A stretch of 64,000 nucleotides of DNA from Stegostoma tigrinum (GCF_030684315.1 NC_081393.1:16425479-16489478), one strand, 5' to 3'; shown: positions 26,690 to 39,866, numbered from the stretch's first letter. Translations and numbers: made by a program. Notes: generated by a model not told the origin, from the sequence alone.

Positions 26690-27230
26690 GTAAGGGTACA
26701 TTTGGAGCACTGTAGATAATTCTGGTCACCCTGCTGTAGCAAGAGATGTTATTCAATGGGAAAGGTTGCAAAACATATTTACAAGTATGTCACCAACTTT
26801 GGAAGCTTGGAGTTATAAGGAGAAGCTGGGACTTTCTTCCCTGGAGCGCTGAGGCTGACGGGTGACCGTACTGAGATTTGTAAAATCATCAGGGGCACAG
26901 ATAGGGTCAATAGCCAAGGTCTTTGCCCCAGGACAGGGGAGTCAAAATCTAGACCGCATCGGTTTAAGGTGAGATGGGGAAGATTTAAAAGGGACCTGAG
27001 GGGCAACATTTTTCACACAGAGGATGGTGTGTGTATGGAATGAGCTGTCAGAGGAAGTGATAAAGGCAGGTACAATTACAATACTTAAAAGACATTTGGA
27101 CAGGTACATGAAGAACAAGGGTTTAGAGGGATATGGGCCAACGCCAAAATGAGACTAGTTCAGTTTAGGAAACGTGGTAAGTATGGGTCAGTTGGGCTGA
27201 AGGGCCTGTTTCCATGCTGAATGAATCTAT
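26690..27230 (+). mobile_element. CR1 3' fragment
   Basis: ttctggtcaccctg, gaggctgacgggtgacc, ttttcacacagaggatggtg..tggaat, gggctgaagggcctgttt. Confidence 0.75.
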
Positions 27231-27339
27231 CTCTCAGCCTGCATTTCAAGCTCTCCTCAGCTTCCCTGATCTGCAAGAAGTAGACCAAAGAATCCTCACT
27301 ACTTGAGCTCAAAAACTGCTACCAAAACGTTGAAACAAG

Positions 27340-28530
27340 TAAAATGGGGAAGTCTATTTGGTCCTTTGAGTCTGCTCCACCATTCAATATGATCATGGCT
27401 GATTATCCAACTTTCTTCCCACACTCTTTGTTCTCTTTAGCCCCAAGAACTAGCTCTTACTCCTCCTTCAAAACATTAAACGTTTTGGCCTCAAACGCTT
27501 TCTACGACAGAAAATTCCACAGGTTCACGACTTCTAGGTGAAGATGTTTCTTATCTCAGTCCTTGACCCTTGGTTCTGAATTCTCTGGTCATCAGGAACA
27601 TCCATCCCACATTTACCTCGTCTAGAATTTAGAATTTTATAGGTGTCTACGAGATCCCTCCTCATTTTGTAAGACTATAAGATATTGACCCCCCCTTACC
27701 AATTAAAAACATACTTACCTCTGTCGTAAATACTCTCGATGACTTTGCCTCTGTTAGCCCACTGTGGCAATATGTTCCACAAATTAACCACCGCTGGCTG
27801 AAGAAATTCCTCATTTTAGTTCTAACGGATTGTCTCTTTACTCTGAAGCTGTGCCTTCAGGTTCTAGTCTTGCCTGCTGGTGGAAGCATCTTCACATCCA
27901 TTCGATCTAGGTCTTTTAGTACGCTGTAAATTTCAATTAGCTTCTCCCTCATCCTTCCCAATTCCATTGAGCACAGACCTGGAGTCCTCAATCGCTCCTT
28001 ATATTTCATTCCCAGGATCATTCCTGTAAAACTCCTCTTGACCCCCTCCAAATGCTTGCTTCTTTAGACCTGGGGCCCAAAACGGCTCACAATATCCCAA
28101 ATTGTGGTATGACCAGAGCCTTATACAGCCTCAGCAGTATATCTCTGCTCTTGTATTCCAGCCCTGTTGAAATGAATGCTAACATTGCATTTTTCTTCCG
28201 AAGTGCCAAATAAACTTGCACGTTAACCTTAAGAGAATCTCGAACTAGAGCTCAAGTAGATTTATGCATCAGATTCTTTTTAAACTCCAGTGAACATAGG
28301 GCTAACTGATCTGGTCTTTCTTTATACACCAATCCTGCCATCTCAGGAATCTGTCTGGTTGGATTCTGTCCAAAGCCAGAATGTCCTTCCTCAGGTAAGG
28401 AGATCAAAACTACATAGACACTCCTCCACACAACTGTGTGTGCTCTCATCAAGGCCCTGTACAACTGCAGTAAGACATCTCTGATCCTGTACTCAAATTC
28501 TCTCATTTTGAAGGCCTACATACCTTCAAA
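27340..28530 (-). mobile_element. cluster of degraded CR1 fragments
   Basis: Minus-strand ORFs 27857-28051 and 28252-28506 (RDVLLQLYRALMR, YKERLRTPGL) are CR1 ORF2 C-terminal remnants. Confidence 0.75.
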
Positions 28531-29199
28531 CGTATTCAGATAATACCTTCACGGCCCTCTCAAAATCCTCATGGATCTATGCAATTTCCTGTAACCTCGC
28601 AATGTTCCACGATATTCACGGTCCTTCAAATCTAGCCTCCTGCACATGCATGATTCTAAGTGATCCATCACTGGTGGCTTAAGATGCCGTGGTCATAAAC
28701 TATCCTGAATCTCTCCACCTTGCTCTTTCTTTGTTCTTCTAAGACATTACTAAAACCCTAAAATATTTGGCCAACTGTCCTCATTTCTTATTCTTGGGCT
28801 CAATGTCAAAAAAAAATTATGCTTTTATTTGATACTGTGTTGAGCACTTTTGGACATTTTAAAATATAAATTGCTGTTCTATTTTGATTGCAGCCTATTA
28901 CACACATGAAAATGTTCAAATTCCCTTCTTAAGTAAAACAATTGCAAAATCAGTCATTCCTTGCTGATTTCTTTGTATATCAACAGGACAACATGGATTT
29001 ACAAGTTCCCATAGGAAATTAATGTTCTTTGACTGATCCCATGAGGTGTATGAGTCTAAGTAGCACATAGATCATACCAGTTCACTGCAGTTAGGCATTA
29101 TGGCTTGAAAAATAACCATGTTTGGTTAGCAACAGAGTAATATACTCCCTGTAATACTGCATAACATTGCCGTCCTTCAGTTTGCCATAAGCAACACGT

Positions 29200-29405
29200 C
29201 CTGAATAATCAAAAAGCAAAAAACTGCAGATGCTGGAGATGTGAAATAAGAACAGGCAGTGCTGGAAATAGTCAGCAGATCTTGCAGTATCTGCAGAGCA
29301 ATAAACAGAGTCAAAACTTCTCCAGAGGAGTCATGTTGGATCCGAAACCTTAACTCTATTTCTCCCTCTGCAGATGATGAGAATTTCCAGCACACAACTG
29401 TTTTT
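29200..29405. mobile_element. short palindromic Penelope-derived non-autonomous element
   Basis: Arms gtgctggaaat..atctgcagag..agagt / actct..ctctgcagat..atttccagcac are inverted; same family as 41430, 51181 and 59392. Confidence 0.65.
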
Positions 29406-29467
29406 AACACGGATTATCTGTTGCTTTAAAACAGAAATGATGTAAACAACAACAAAACCAAGATCTG

Positions 29468-29473
29468 TTTATT
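29468..29473 (-). terminator. candidate polyadenylation signal for the ATAD1-like gene
   Basis: AATAAA on the minus strand followed by a GT-rich tract (ggttttgttgttgttt); an alternative AATAAA lies at 30698-30703. Confidence 0.3.
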
Positions 29474-30638
29474 TCATAACAATATCTCACAGCATTAATT
29501 TACTGAAAATCCAAGGAAAACTTGGACTGATAAACGATTGCAGTCAATTGAATACTCATAACAGACAACCAAAACAAAGGTTCCTTTCCCACTGTACAAT
29601 GGTCAATGATAGCAAATTATAAACATGTTCAAACAATAAATTAACACTGGAAATAAATAAATATTTCTACTCAACTTCAGCAGCGTTTGCAGATCATTGC
29701 AGCGATGCATGACTTACAGTCCCAAGCAGTGCAATATTGGAGGATCATTCTCATGACCAGGAGCACCTATTTTTCTAGCCTTTTCTCTCCTGAGTTCATC
29801 AAAATCTGCTGGAATCTGCAAAATCTCAAGGCCACCACTCATTCAGGGGGAGGTGAATGAAACAAAACTGATGCACTTAAACCACTCCCACTAAGCTGTT
29901 CTGATAAGGCTGGTTTTTTTAAAATTGTCCAATAGTTCTTTCACAAACGAGCTTCTTTTAAAAAAAAAACAAAAATCTGGTTAGTAATTGATTTTGAAGA
30001 TAATACAGTGAAAATCCTTACCTAAACTAACCTTCAGAGCATAACTTGGGTCTTCAGAGAATTACATGGGCTCTCAGAGAATTTGTTCGGTTAAGGTTTT
30101 GTTAGAAATTTGAAAACCCAATTTACCGCACAGTACAGTAAAAATGTTAACTGTAAAATAACTCAACATAAAACTGGGCAATAAGATGTGACCTTTCTCT
30201 CATATTTGGCCTTGTTCTATCAATCAGACTCACTCCAGGTTTCTAAACTGGTTAACAGCTTCTCTCCCATTTAGTTGGAAGGTGGCACGACTTGCTCATG
30301 CCGCTTGCTACACAGTACATGACTCAAGACCTGCAAAAGCATGGGTTTTGCTGATTACAATGTTTCCTTATAAATATCGCAATGTTTTTGTCATATGTGC
30401 TAAACAAGCATATCTCAGAACATCGTAAGATTCAACAGTCACACTCTGCAGAGGTTTATGGAAGCTATAGTATAGCCCTTTAAATCATATAACTGATCCA
30501 GACAAGGAAGGTCATTTAGTCTGTTATGGTTCATCCATTCATTAGTGCCCCATTGTTAACTCCCACGCCATTCTCACACCCATTCTATGTGCTGGTGACT
30601 ACTTATGCAAAGTGCAGCTGGAGAGCAGTTCTAAATAA

Positions 30639-31361
30639 GTTTTGCCCCAGTTTGAACCCTTACGTGGCTGTTGGAGCTTGAAGAAAAGGAAATGAGGTTT
30701 ATTCATTTGGTGCACAGTTAAGACCACTTAAGAAAAACAAAGATGTGATTAGATGCATGATTATTTATGGTTGTGCTCTAATAAAGATGCTGACACTAGT
30801 TGCATTACTGGTCATTCTCCAGATGCCCATCAAATAAGTCACCTTTTTTTAAATGGGAGCTTACAGAAAGAGACTTGGGCTGATTATGCATTCCGAGAGG
30901 AGAAATCATGAGAAACACACAGTCATTGTGACAGGATACAGGCACAAAGCGATACAGATGCATGGGTTCACACATCATCAAAATTAGAAACACAGGATGA
31001 TGGGTTTAAAAAGTACAGTGCAATTACTTTCAGAGGAATCATATTCAAAAACAGGTTGATTACGATGAACTCATTTAGTATCGTGATTAGATTACACGGC
31101 ATATTGTGTAAGGTTTAGGTGTTCATATTGCAAACAAAACACCAGTGTACTCAACAGCTTTAAAAAAGTTACAGGAATCAAGAGGGCATCCTTCTGTCCA
31201 GAAAAAGAGAAGGTCAAGAGGTGAACTGATGAGATGACCAGTTTTGCCCCAGTTTGAACCCATAGCCCTTATGTAACTGTCAGAGCTTGAAGAAAAGGTA
31301 ATGAGGTTTATCCATTCGGTGGTCAGGTACTTAAGAAAAACAAAGACGTGAATAGATCCAT
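30639..31361. repeat. two diverged copies of a ~120-bp direct repeat (30639-30758, 31241-31361)
   Basis: Both copies read ttttgccccagtttgaaccc..gagcttgaagaaaagg.aatgaggtttat.catt.ggt..acttaagaaaaacaaaga.gtga.tagat.cat. Confidence 0.85.
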
Positions 31362-31624
31362 CTTCAGTCCAACCCAGTACCTGTTCACCTCTACCACAGG
31401 TAGGAGGAGATTAATCATGAAACCATCCCAGAAGAAATGAACCTTGTACCAGTCTGATCCACACCAGCCATCTGACAAACTGAGCCACACATTGTATTAT
31501 ACAAACAGCTATAAAGAAAAGGTGGTGAAGTTGTTAACACAGAAGTAGCTGGGGATTCCTCATGAAGCAACTGAAGAGGAAAATAGTGAATGGAACTGAT
31601 AAATTAGTATCGGTTATTAGAAAC

Positions 31625-32030
31625 AATTTGCACTTCAATCGAACTGTCATCCAAAAGCGCTTTCCAACCAGTGAAATACCTTTGAAGGACAGTCATTGCT
31701 GGAATGCAAGAAATGTAGCAGCTAACTTGCCCAGAGTGTGATTACAAATGGAAAAAGACCGCTTTATCTTAGGTTTGTTGCAAACTAAGTCTTATCCAGG
31801 AGAATAGCTCTCCCTCTCTGTGCTGGGGGATCTACACGCATCTATCCGAAGGGACAGACAGGACCTCGGTTTGAGGAACCTGTGGACAAGACTGCACGCT
31901 CTCAACAGTAGAGCATTCCTTCAGCACTGAGCCGAGGTGCCATCCTGAACTGTGTGCTTGATTCTCTGCAGTGTCAAATACTCAACTTGGAATGCAAAAA
32001 GACAGCACTACCCAATGGGTTAAGCTAACG
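31625..32030 (-). mobile_element. Deu-domain SINE copy, degraded
   Basis: Reverse-complement similarity to 1255-1615. Confidence 0.6.
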
Positions 32031-33004
32031 CTCCACTGAAAGCGAATGCAATCAGTGGCGACTGCAAAACCAGCACTGCAGCCGCTGTTCAGAAAACAGT
32101 CACCCTCGAATAGCAGCAAGGCAAATTATAACTTCTGTGGCATCAGTCAGAAGAGAAATGTCGGCCAGACATTCCTGCTGCGCTTTTAAGATACGCTGAC
32201 TCCTTTCCAACCAACAAGGTCAAACCATCAAAAGAGGGCTGATGGGGCTTAACACGGCAGCTGAAACAGAACACCCATTTCAATATATAAACCACACACC
32301 CCCTCCCTGCCCTGCTCTCCCCCTCTCCAACACTGCCTGCTGATCACTAGATTTAATCCTTCGTCTGCCCCTATAATTTTAATTTCCATGACCACTTGGG
32401 TTGGGGACTAAGGTAGGGAAGAAATCGGGCAAGCTTCCTGTTCCTATTACAGCCTTGGCCATCGGCAGTACCTACCCACCATCAAAAAAGCTTGGTGACA
32501 TGCGCTACCCCAGCTCACCCGCTGAGAAAAGATCACATTTGGTGAGATAGTGGATGGTATTGGTACCCCAGTGACAGCCAGAAATGCAGGAAAGGAGCCA
32601 GGATGGGAAAATACAGCCCAGCCATCCTCACTTTTAGCTACTTAATGGGTCTCCACTGAAATGGAAGGGCGAGACAACAATTGCTAGTCTTTTCCACTAA
32701 TACTACACTCCAAATGAGGTTTTGCACTAAGATGAGTCAGTTTGATGAGCCACTTTACTCTCAGCATACTGCCAGTGTTTTCCACACTTCTTCCCACGAA
32801 GAGCGTTTGATTGTCAGAGAGAAATGAAGGTTGATGCTGTTCAGCGTCTCTTGCAGTCCAATTTCACAAGGGGACAGTAGTTAATTTGTGAAAATTAACT
32901 GGACCACAGCTATGCAAAAGTCAACAGAATTTCCCATAAAACAAAAAAAAAGTGACTTGTATACGTAAGACCTGTTGGTCAACATTGCTCAGTGTGTGCT
33001 CCGT

Positions 33005-33125
33005 TCAGTCCACAGGAGTATCTTGCAGTATCAGAGCATTAGTTCCTGCCTTTGATTCTTTCAACTTCTCCAAGGCCAGGTAGAGGTCTGTCTGAGTGAT
33101 TGCTCGGAGACCCTCATCGGTGGAG
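33005..33125 (-). CDS. ATAD1: ATAD1-like AAA+ ATPase, coding exon 9 (last)
   Basis: tcttttcaaag|C; STDEGLRAITQTDLYLALEKLKESKAGTNALILQDTPVD, then TGA at 33005-33007. Confidence 0.9.
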
Positions 33126-33677
33126 CTTTGAAAAGAAACAAAGCGTGCATCAGATTATCATCCCTTACAAATACAAGGACACAGACTGAAAATTGACAGC
33201 TGCTTCACGTTGCAGCCCAATCACTCAAATTGATTCAAATTTCAATGCTGTCATTTGGAAAAGATCTATTGTACACCACCACCTCCCTGTCTGAAAAATC
33301 TTCTTTCAGTTCCTAAAGCCCCTCAATCATTGGACAATGGCTCCAAAGGTACTGATTAAGTTTTGGCCTTACTCCATTGCAGTCCTCAGAGGCTTGGCTT
33401 AGCAAGAGCCAAGTCACAAGTCTTGACCATGAGGAGAAAGAAAAATCTAACCCTGGCAACAGAGCGGAAAGAAGAAAACATGGATTATCCAAAGACATAA
33501 GGCACAAGTCACCTCTGTTTTCCAATGAAGGGATGTCTTCTCTGTCTTTAATGCATTTTGTCTTCCTTTCAATCATTAACTGTCTCACACTGTGGGATAA
33601 GCTTTGCCCTTAGGAGACACCCCCAAATCAAATGCAAATACTATCAAATGAAACGAAGGCACAGCAATGAGAGGTAC

Positions 33678-33850
33678 CTTTCCTTGTAGTCATCAGCCTG
33701 CAGCTGTCTCTCGATGCACTGCATTTGCTCCTTCCGAACAAAATCACGGAGTCGGTGCAAGGCTGCCTCTCGGCAAAGTTCCCGCAAATCACTGCCCGAG
33801 TAACCGGCTGTTTTCTCTGCTATTTCTTTCAGTCTCACATCACTGTTTAA
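33678..33850 (-). CDS. ATAD1: ATAD1-like, coding exon 8
   Basis: 173 nt, ccag|..AG|gtacc; LNSDVRLKEIAEKTAGYSGSDLRELCREAALHRLRDFVRKEQMQ.. Confidence 0.93.
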
Positions 33851-33971
33851 CTGGTAGGGATATTTTAAACAGAGGGACAAAAAAAACTAATCAATAACCA
33901 CCTCCAAGGTAGAGCAGAAAATGCAGTGGGTGACAGACAAATGTGAGTAAGAGGAGAAGTGAGACACATAC

Positions 33972-34022
33972 ACATTCACTGGAAAGGATCAACTTCAGAA
34001 TCTCGTACCGCTGTCTCTGCCT
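33972..34022 (-). CDS. ATAD1: ATAD1-like, coding exon 7
   Basis: 51 nt, cacag|..|gtatgt; RQRQRYEILKLILSSEC. Confidence 0.9.
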
Positions 34023-34655
34023 CTGTGGGATTACAGAGAAATGGTTATTGAATGTTGCTGAAGAGAGAGAGAGAGAGAGAGAGGTTATCGATGCTTTAGG
34101 TCTCGCATTCACTCGAACAAACACAAGAATGCCAAATTTCAACTGAATTTCACAATGAGGTAGACAACAGATTGTTTGGTAAGTCAACAGGCGTGGGGAC
34201 AGAAAGCATAGGGAAACGATAGCTTTTTGGACACCCCAAAGCTTATTGGAAACAGGGCACAAGGCTTGAACAATTTGTTTTTATTTGGCAGAGAAGATGT
34301 ATGAACGCATGCAACTTCTAGTGAATGTAAATGAGCCATTAGCATGACATTTTAATCTTACATTGGTTGCTAGTCTACCTATTGGCAGTCTCAGCAAATC
34401 ATGGCATCACTTCTAATACCACAAGTTTTGTCTTGGGTTCTGAAAATGTGACCTGGTGTACTACAGTAGTTACACCCCCCATTTCAAAATTTGATAAATG
34501 ATCACAAAGGTGACAGATTTAGGCACTGAAACAACCTTGCATGTCTAATGTCTTGCCCACAGATGCCAGAAAATCAGAGCAAAGCTGAAAATTCTATGCT
34601 TCCTTTTACTTAAAGAATAACCTCTTGGTCTAAGTGTCTTTTTCTCCAGAACATC

Positions 34656-34984
34656 AACCTGCAGAGAAATCTACTTTTCTTTCATTTTCCTGAAAGAACA
34701 AGTGTCCATGTGTGTGCGTGGGTGCCCATGGGTGCTTGTGTACATGTACATGAATTTTGGGGAAGGATTCACATTTGCATTTCTACATTAGTGACTGTGC
34801 TTGTTAACCAATTATGGCATTTTCATCAAATATGTTTTGCTTTGATAATAAACCGATACACCATGTTTATTAAGAAACTGGTAGGTATCAATTTTGCTGT
34901 TTATTATTGGTCAGTGTTTTTTCCAACCTGCAGAGAAATCTTTCATTTTCTTGAAAGAACGAGTGTCTGTGTCTGTGTGTGTGT
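34656..34984. repeat. local intronic duplication of ~60 bp ending in TG-rich runs
   Basis: caacctgcagagaaatct..ttcattttc.tgaaagaac.agtgtc at ~34656 and ~34924. Confidence 0.75.
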
Positions 34985-35136
34985 ATATATTGACACATAT
35001 ATGATATTTAAACTTGGTAACTGGAAAAATAATTATTACTTCCATTGTGACCATAGAAAAATGCTGTACGTCTCCAACTGCGGCCATAACAACGATGACA
35101 CCAAAACAGCTCATGAAAGTACTGCTAAACACTCAC

Positions 35137-35226
35137 AGGCAGACTGACATGGAATGTGCTGGGCATCCTTCTCAAGATGGCTGGATCGACATCCTGAGGT
35201 CTGTTTGTAGCACCCATCACAATCAC
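35137..35226 (-). CDS. ATAD1: ATAD1-like, coding exon 6 (sensor 1 / arginine fingers)
   Basis: 90 nt, tttgtag|..|gtgagt; [30 protein letters not shown]. Confidence 0.95.
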
Positions 35227-35631
35227 CTACAAAAAATGGAACTTAAGGCACAGATCAAGCACAAAGATGGGAAACTTAAGATCGGAAGATTTACTACATT
35301 CTCCTTCTGAGAAACTGGAAAATGTATTTCTTGCTGATTAAGAGAATTTGATGCTAACACTGGCTGTTTATTAATCCTGTTTGCAATACACAAGAAACTG
35401 AATTGATCGTGCAAATTTTTAAAAGAATTAGCTTTTAATCAAACCATTGGGTGGGCTTCCTTTTTCATTCACTTCGCTTATGGAACTGAGGTCCTCTACA
35501 GCTAAAATGCATGGTTTTACTATTGCCCGTGATGAGCAGTACAGATACTCCACACTGCTTTGTGCGTGTCCAAAGTTCTACCTCTTCACCAGTGACCAAA
35601 CTCTGCTGGTTTCAGGCAGAACCCCATCTAC

Positions 35632-35738
35632 CTGGCAATCTGTGTCAGTGCTCAATCCATCCCACAAGCTCATGAACTGCGCTTTCATCATTGCTGTTGC
35701 CTCATGATCATTGCACGAACGGTTCCGTAGAAAGGAAT
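35632..35738 (-). CDS. ATAD1: ATAD1-like, coding exon 5 (pore loop 2)
   Basis: 107 nt, tcag|..|gtagat; [36 protein letters not shown]. Confidence 0.95.
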
Positions 35739-35929
35739 CTGATAGATTGAAAATCAAAAATATACATACTGGCATGAGACAAAGGGCAGGGCACACAGGA
35801 TTAAAGAAGCTCAGATGGTCAAGTTGTTACACATTATTAGCCTCAATAACAACACTTGTAGGGCTACCATTCTGGATCGATCAAATCTGCTCTGAGCCTG
35901 AACTTCTCCAAGGAGACTGTCTGAATTTC

Positions 35930-36480
35930 TCCAACTTTTCAACGGGGATTGAGAACAAAAACAGGGAGGTTTTGCTAAATTATACAAGGCACGAGTCAGA
36001 CCACAGCTGGAATACTGTGAACTGTCTTGGGGATCTACCAACCATGTTGGCAGACCAGAGAAGGTTCATGACGTTGATACCAGGAATGGAGTGATTTTCT
36101 TGACAGGAGATGTTGAATCTGTATTCTTAGCTTTGAAGAATAAGAGGCAACCTTGTTGAAACGTAAGATTCTTAATGGACTTGCCAGTACAGATGCTTCT
36201 GCCTATGGGACAGTCCAGGCCTAGAGGGTATAGTCTCAAAGTAGGGAGTTGCCTACTCAACAGAGATAAGAAGAAATTTATTCTGAAGGTAGTTTGGAAT
36301 GTTTTACCATTGAGTGCTGTCAAGGTTTGGTGGTTAAGTATATTCAAAGTTGAGACAGATAGATTTTTAATTAGAAAAGATAGGAAAGTGGAGTTTAGGA
36401 TCATCCTATCAGCCATGATCACATTGAATGGCACTCAGTGAACCAAACAGCCTACTTCTGCTACTACACCCTATGGTCTT
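35930..36480 (+). mobile_element. degraded CR1 3' fragment
   Basis: IENKNREVLLNY, QRRFMTLIPGME, RGYSLKV, VWNVLP remnants. Confidence 0.7.
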
Positions 36481-36921
36481 CTCTACAAAATGGAAGCTTC
36501 TGGAATCACTATCATGAATCTCTTCAACACCCTCTCCAATGACCCTCATACAGTTCCCAGAAATGAACAAGGCGCTCCAGTTCAGGTCAAAGCACTGTTT
36601 CGCACAGCATTGTAATAAATCCCCTGCTTTTGCACTTCATTCCCTATTATGAAGTCTAGGATCCTGATGCTTCCTTAAGTGCTTTCTCAACCTGCCCTGC
36701 CACCTTCAGTAATTTACGCACTCACAGCACCAAGTTTCTCTGCTTAGGTGCATAACAGCTAACTCTGAATATCAGATACCCAAGAGTGAGTTACAGGCTC
36801 AAATCAATCAAAAAGAGAAAAACATGGTTTATACTTACAGATGGCCCTTTTTTGTCAGACTCTGGCAGAAAAGGTAGTTCTTGATCCATGAATAATCACT
36901 CTCTGGCAAGTCAGCACCTAC

Positions 36922-37122
36922 CTATTTCATCAATGAAGACAATACAAGGCTCAATTTTTGCAGCCAAAGAGAAGACAGCAGCTGTCAGCTTCTGTGACTC
37001 TCCGTACCACTTGTCGGTTAATGCTGAGGCCTGCATGTTGATGAAGTGGCAGCCAGTGACATTTGCGATAGCTTTGGCAATGAGGGTCTTCCCACAACCA
37101 GGAGGGCCATACAGCAACACAC
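36922..37122 (-). CDS. ATAD1: ATAD1-like, coding exon 4 (Walker A, pore loop 1, Walker B)
   Basis: 201 nt, atag|..G|gtaggt; [51 protein letters not shown]. Confidence 0.97.
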
Positions 37123-37444
37123 CTATACATAACCAGAGAAAGAAGAACCCTATTTGAAATCCAACATGAATAGGCAGACAGTCAGGATCTGAATAAGAAA
37201 ATCTAGATAGATTGTCTTCAGGCACAACGATCTGCATCAGAATCAATTGGCTTTTCACTGTTCAGACATTGGTAGGCCTTTTGATTTGGGTTTTACTGAG
37301 ATTTTCCAAACTTATAACTGATAGACAGGAACTAGACTTGCAGTTGAAACACAAGGCTGCGGATGCAAAGACACTCTGATCACTGAAAAACACGTAATGC
37401 TGTCAGAGAAATGTAAGCAGAACTCTGTGCTTGCCTGGACGTGA

Positions 37445-37590
37445 ACTTTAGACAGGGCTTTACTCCATATCTAAAGCGCTACTGTATCTATTGTAGGAAT
37501 GTCTAATGGGGACAGTATAGAGCAAACTTTACTCTGTAACTAATTTTATGCCAACAGTGTTTGATAGCATCTGTGGAGGAGCTTTACTTT
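37445..37590 (+). repeat. degenerate minisatellite (~60-70-bp unit)
   Basis: Recurring ctttact core at ~37458, ~37527 and ~37582 with gggacagt/gtgtttgat motifs. Confidence 0.5.
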
Positions 37591-37607
37591 CAGTTTAAAA
37601 GGATACA

Positions 37608-37760
37608 GGGGTGGCATAGTGGTTAGCACCTGGTGTCTCACAGCATCAGGGACCCACATTCAATAATAGCTTTGGGCGACTGTCTGTGTGGAGTCTGCAC
37701 ACCCTCCCTGCGTCTCCATGGGTTTCTGCTTTGTACTCCGATTTCCGCCCCCAGTCCAGG
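37608..37760 (+). mobile_element. HE1/V-SINE 5' part
   Basis: Similar to 4828-4990 (tggttagcac..ctcacagc..cagggaccc..gggcgactgtctgtgtggagt). Confidence 0.8.
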
Positions 37761-37769
37761 CCTTGTGAT

Positions 37770-38037
37770 CACACACTCTGCTATGACACACAACCCATTG
37801 TTAGCAATTAACAGTCACCATTTACAGCTATTCACTGTCCGAGCCAGATCACGATCCACTCTTGTCTGTCCAACTGTTCTTGTGTCTTTGGGTTCTATCC
37901 CCAATCACCTATCTTTTTCTCCTGACACCCCTCCCACCACCTTACCTTCTGCATAAAAATCAATATTTTCCTAGCTACCATTAGTTCTGAGGAAGTGTCA
38001 CCAGACCCAAAATGTTAACTCTGATTTCTCTTCACAG
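37770..38037 (+). mobile_element. Penelope-derived terminal fragment interrupted by a CR1
   Basis: ttctgaggaag..cacc.gacccaaaatgttaactctg..cacagatg, continuing at 39469 as ttgcgagacctgctgagcttttccagc. Confidence 0.7.
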
Positions 38038-39468
38038 ATGGAGGATTGCAAATGTTGAGCCCTTGTTCAAGAAGGGCAGTAGGGACGACCCAACTAATTA
38101 TAGACCTGTGAGCCTTACATCTGTTGTAGGAAAAGTTTTGGAAAGGATTATAAGAGGTAAAATTTATAATCATCTAACAATCAACAATTTGATTGGAGAT
38201 AATCAGCATGGATTCGTCAAGGGCAGGTCGTGTCTCACAAACCTCATTGAGTTTTTTGAGAAGGTGACCAAGCATGTAGATGACGGAAGGGCAGTTGACG
38301 TGGTGTACATGGACTTCAGTAAAGCCTTTGATAAGGTTCCACATGGTAGGCTATTGGAGAAAATACAGAGGCACGGGATTGAGGGAGATTTAGCAGTTTG
38401 GATTAGAAACTGGCTTTCTGTAAGAAGGCAACAAGTGGTGGTTGATGGAAAATATTCAGCCTGGAGTCAGGTTACTAGTGGTGTGCCTCAAGGATCTGTT
38501 TTAGGACTACTGCTGTTTGTCATTTTTATAAATGACTTGGACGCAGGCATAGGTGGATGGGTTAGTAAGTTTGCAGATGACACACTAAAGTCGCTGGAGT
38601 GGTGGACTGTGTGGAGGAATGTTGCAGGTTGCAGGGAGACTTGGATAAACTGCAGAATTGGGCTGATAGGTGGCAAATGGAGTTTAATACAGAGAAATGT
38701 GAGGTGATTCACTTTGGGAGGAATAATAGGAAGGCAGACTACCGGGTTAATGGAAAGATTCTTGGTAGTGTGGATGTGCAGAGGGATCTTGGTGTCCATG
38801 TACAAAGATTCCTGAAAGTTGCCAACCAGGTTGATAGTGCTGTTAAGAAGGCTTACGGTGTTTTAGGTTTTATTGGTAGAAAGATTGAGTTCCAGAGCCG
38901 TGATGTCATGCTGCAACTGTACAAGATGCTAGTGCGGCCTCACTTGGAATATTGCGTGCAGTTCTGGTCGCCCCATTACAGGAAGGATGTGGAAGCATTG
39001 GAAAAGGTGCAGAGGAGATTTACCAGGATGTTGCCTGGTCTGGAGTGCAGGCCCTAAGAAGAAAGGCTGAGGGACTTGGGTCTGTTCTCATTGGAGAGAA
39101 GGAGGCTAAGAGGGGATTTAATAGAGACATACAAGATGATCAGAGGATTATATAGGGTGGACGGTGAAAGTCTTTTTCCGAGGATTATGACGTCAGCTTG
39201 TACAAGGGGGCATAGCTACAAATTGAGGGGTGACAGATTTAAGACAGATGTCAGAGGCAGGTTCCATACTCAGAGTGGTAAGGACGTGGAACGCCCTGCC
39301 TGCCAATGTAGTTAACTCAGCCACATTACGGGCATTTAAACAGTCCTTGGATAAGCATATGGATGATGACGGGATCGTGTAGGGGGAGGGGCTTAGATTG
39401 GTTCACAGGTTGGCGCAACATTGAGGACCGAAGGGCCTGTTCTGCGCCATACTGTTCTATGTTCTATG
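38038..39468 (+). mobile_element. CR1 LINE, 5'-truncated (RT to tail)
   Basis: ORFs 38012-38707 and 38599-39057 with RT motifs ([22 protein letters not shown]); gttctatgttctatg tail. Confidence 0.95.
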
Positions 39469-39519
39469 TTGCGAGACCTGCTGAGCTTTTCCAGCATTTT
39501 TGCCTTTGTTAAAAGTTAG

Positions 39520-39690
39520 GTGAATAGGCCATGTTTGTTGCTTACAGTGTTCAAGGATATATACATAGGTGGATTAGCCACAGAAAACACAAGATTATGA
39601 GGGTAGGGTGGGTCTGGATGGGATGCTCTTTGGTGGGTCTGTTCACACTCGATGAGCCAAATGGCCTCTATCTGCACTGCAGGGATTCTA
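39520..39690 (+). mobile_element. HE1/V-SINE 3' part, degraded
   Basis: Similar to 5000-5135. Confidence 0.55.
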
Positions 39691-39866
39691 CAAAAAAGTT
39701 TGATTCTGTATCCAACCCCCATGCTGTACCAGACAAGCAAGAACAGAAAATGTTCTGTTGTGTTCGATACCACTCAATCTCATGTTGAGACACAAACATC
39801 ATCACCAAACCCTGCACTGCATATCAGATATTAGCAAGCCCATCTCAAGTACAAATCAAACCTCAC

